A stretch of 24,664 nucleotides of DNA from a virus (lineage: Duplodnaviria > Caudoviricetes). Shown piece after piece: positions 23,068-24,664 of this stretch. A program made the translations under genes and the position numbers. The stretch lies in the IMG/VR virus record IMGVR_UViG_3300042198_000070, positions 1 to 24,664 of that record. One strand, 5' to 3'. Numbering within the stretch: position 1 is the stretch's first letter; every line of letters begins with the position of its first letter. The notes under the pieces were generated by a model. That model made no database searches, was not told the origin of the DNA, and saw only the letters and a program-made list of their open reading frames with translations.

Positions 23068-23408
23068 TGGGTCACGCCCCGGATTGGATGCGCCAGAGCT
23101 ACGCGAAGGTCAAGCACATGGCTGATGGTGGCGCTGCCTTTGATGCGGAGAGCGACGGCTACGACTACGAGACTGCCAAGCGATACGGCATGGGTCCAGA
23201 CGGAACGGGGGGGAACCTCGGCCACTGGGGATCGCGTGTCGAGCTAAACGAGAAAGATCGCCCGAAGGATCTACCGGAGGGCACAGGAATCATGCTCAAG
23301 GGCGCCAAGCACGAGACTTGGGACAAAGCCATGAAGGGCGAAGACGAGGCGGGATATGACGTCGTGAAGCGCGGCGACCGCTACTACTCAATACCAAGAA
23401 AGCGCTAG
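23067..23408 (+). CDS. hypothetical protein with an MGHAPDWMRQ...MADGG leader
   Basis: 113-aa ORF; TAATG coupling; body contains GHWGSR...MLKG.KHETW. Confidence 0.75.
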   Translation: MGHAPDWMRQSYAKVKHMADGGAAFDAESDGYDYETAKRYGMGPDGTGGNLGHWGSRVELNEKDRPKDLPEGTGIMLKGAKHETWDKAMKGEDEAGYDVVKRGDRYYSIPRKR

Positions 23409-24664
23409 TGGAAGTAATCAAGTACTCGCCCCCGGGAAAGAATGCAGCTAAGTTCCACGAATCAGATGCGTTTGTACGCGGCCTTATGGGCCCTGTTGGT
23501 TCTGGAAAATCCTCAAGTTGTTGCGTGGAAATTGTGGCTCGCGCATTGCGACAACGTCCTAGCCGCGATGGTATTCGGCGCTCTCGATGGCTTATCATTC
23601 GTAACACCTACCCGGAGCTGAAGTCCACCACCATCAAGACTTGGGAGACTTGGTTCCCGGCAAACGTGGCGCCTATCAAGTGGGACACCCCGATCACATC
23701 GACGATGAAGATCAACAACATCGGGGATGGCACCGGGCTGGAACTCGAGGTGATGTTCATGGCACTGGACAAGCCCACAGAGACGGGCAAGCTCCGGTCG
23801 CTGGAATTGACAGGCGCATGGATCAACGAAGCCTCCGAGGTTCCCAAAGAGATCTTCGATATGGTCACTCAGCGGGTAGGGCGATTCCCTTCCAAGCTGC
23901 AGGGTGGGCCGAGCTGGTGCGGGATCATCCTCGACACCAACCCGTGCGACGACGATCACTGGTACTACAAGCTGGCCGAGGAAGACTGTCCTCCTGAGTG
24001 GGAGTTCTTCCGTCAACCGGGTGGCCTGCAGCGTTTGGAAGACGGTAGCTACGCGCCGAACCCAGATGCCGAGAACGTATTCAACCTGCCGGGTGGCTAC
24101 AGCTACTACCAGCAGCAAGTCCCGTCGAAGTCGGAGGACTGGATCAATGTATTCCTTCTAGGGAATTACGGATCCACCAAAGACGGCAAGCCGGTCTACC
24201 CCGAGTACAACGACAAGGTGCACTGCCTCAACAAGAACGTCGAGGGTGAGCGTGGCCTGCCGATCGTGCTGGGGTGGGACTTTGGACTTACGCCTGCTTG
24301 CGTCATCCTGCAAGTAACAGGACGTGGGAAGATTATCATTCTGGATGAACTGGTATCAGAGGATATGGGTATCCGCCAGTTCACCAACGATATCGTAAAG
24401 CCGGTACTTATGAATAAGTACGCCGGTTTTCAAATCCATTCAGCAGGCGACCCGGCCGGGAACATCCGAGCCCAGACCGACGAGCGCACCTGTCTACAGG
24501 AGCTGCTTGAAGCTGGGATCTACACCGAGCCAGCGGCCACCAACGACTTCATCCCAAGGCGCGAATCCGTTGCCTTCTTCATGACCCGGATGATGGACGG
24601 TGAGCCAGCTTTCCTGCTGAACCCACGATGCACAAACCTGAGGAAGGGATTCCTTGGGCGCTAC
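23408..24664 (+). CDS. terL: terminase large subunit, 3'-truncated (absent from the ORF track)
   Basis: GTG at 23408 overlaps the upstream TAG. Walker A MGPVGSGKS, IIRNTYPEL, Walker B GAWINEASE, DTNP, and nuclease LGWDFGLTPA; the frame runs to the window end. Confidence 0.93.
   Translation, partial: MEVIKYSPPGKNAAKFHESDAFVRGLMGPVGSGKSSSCCVEIVARALRQRPSRDGIRRSRWLIIRNTYPELKSTTIKTWETWFPANVAPIKWDTPITSTMKINNIGDGTGLELEVMFMALDKPTETGKLRSLELTGAWINEASEVPKEIFDMVTQRVGRFPSKLQGGPSWCGIILDTNPCDDDHWYYKLAEEDCPPEWEFFRQPGGLQRLEDGSYAPNPDAENVFNLPGGYSYYQQQVPSKSEDWINVFLLGNYGSTKDGKPVYPEYNDKVHCLNKNVEGERGLPIVLGWDFGLTPACVILQVTGRGKIIILDELVSEDMGIRQFTNDIVKPVLMNKYAGFQIHSAGDPAGNIRAQTDERTCLQELLEAGIYTEPAATNDFIPRRESVAFFMTRMMDGEPAFLLNPRCTNLRKGFLGRY

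Noticed and set aside
23513-24387. Several ORF-track entries in this span
   Set aside because: They are shadows of the terminase large subunit frame starting at 23408.

Overview
The whole window is the middle of a temperate tailed-phage genome, apparently not integrated (phage genes lie on both sides of the att-like site). The host is probably proteobacterial; this is an inference from the protein families. From left to right it holds: the 3' part of a large polyvalent/virion protein (LPD38-like); a leftward nucleotide-metabolism tail (MazG-like, DUF3310); an attP-like region with CTGTGCTAA repeats, IHF sites and a complete tRNA-Thr(CGT) abutting a tyrosine integrase; a leftward recombination operon (Xis-like, PD-(D/E)XK nuclease, SSB-like, ERF); and a lambda-CI-like repressor with a degenerate protease domain and no cro. 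Next come a rightward replication operon (structured ~290-nt leader, T7 gp4/Twinkle-like primase-helicase, proteasome-like Ntn protein, resolvase, putative late regulator) and a convergent leftward early block (amidoligase plus class II glutamine amidotransferase and many small ORFs). The window ends with a probable genome-end region, tRNA-Met(CAT) and the packaging genes, including a large terminase missing from the ORF track. The most unusual part is 19383-21026. It contains an array of four 23-32 aa single-TM micropeptides (all below the ORF-track cutoff) and two small 2-TM proteins joined by a repeated stop/RBS/start junction. The array is preceded by duplicated, covarying RNA hairpin modules. 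All protein calls come from motif recognition by eye; no database search was run.
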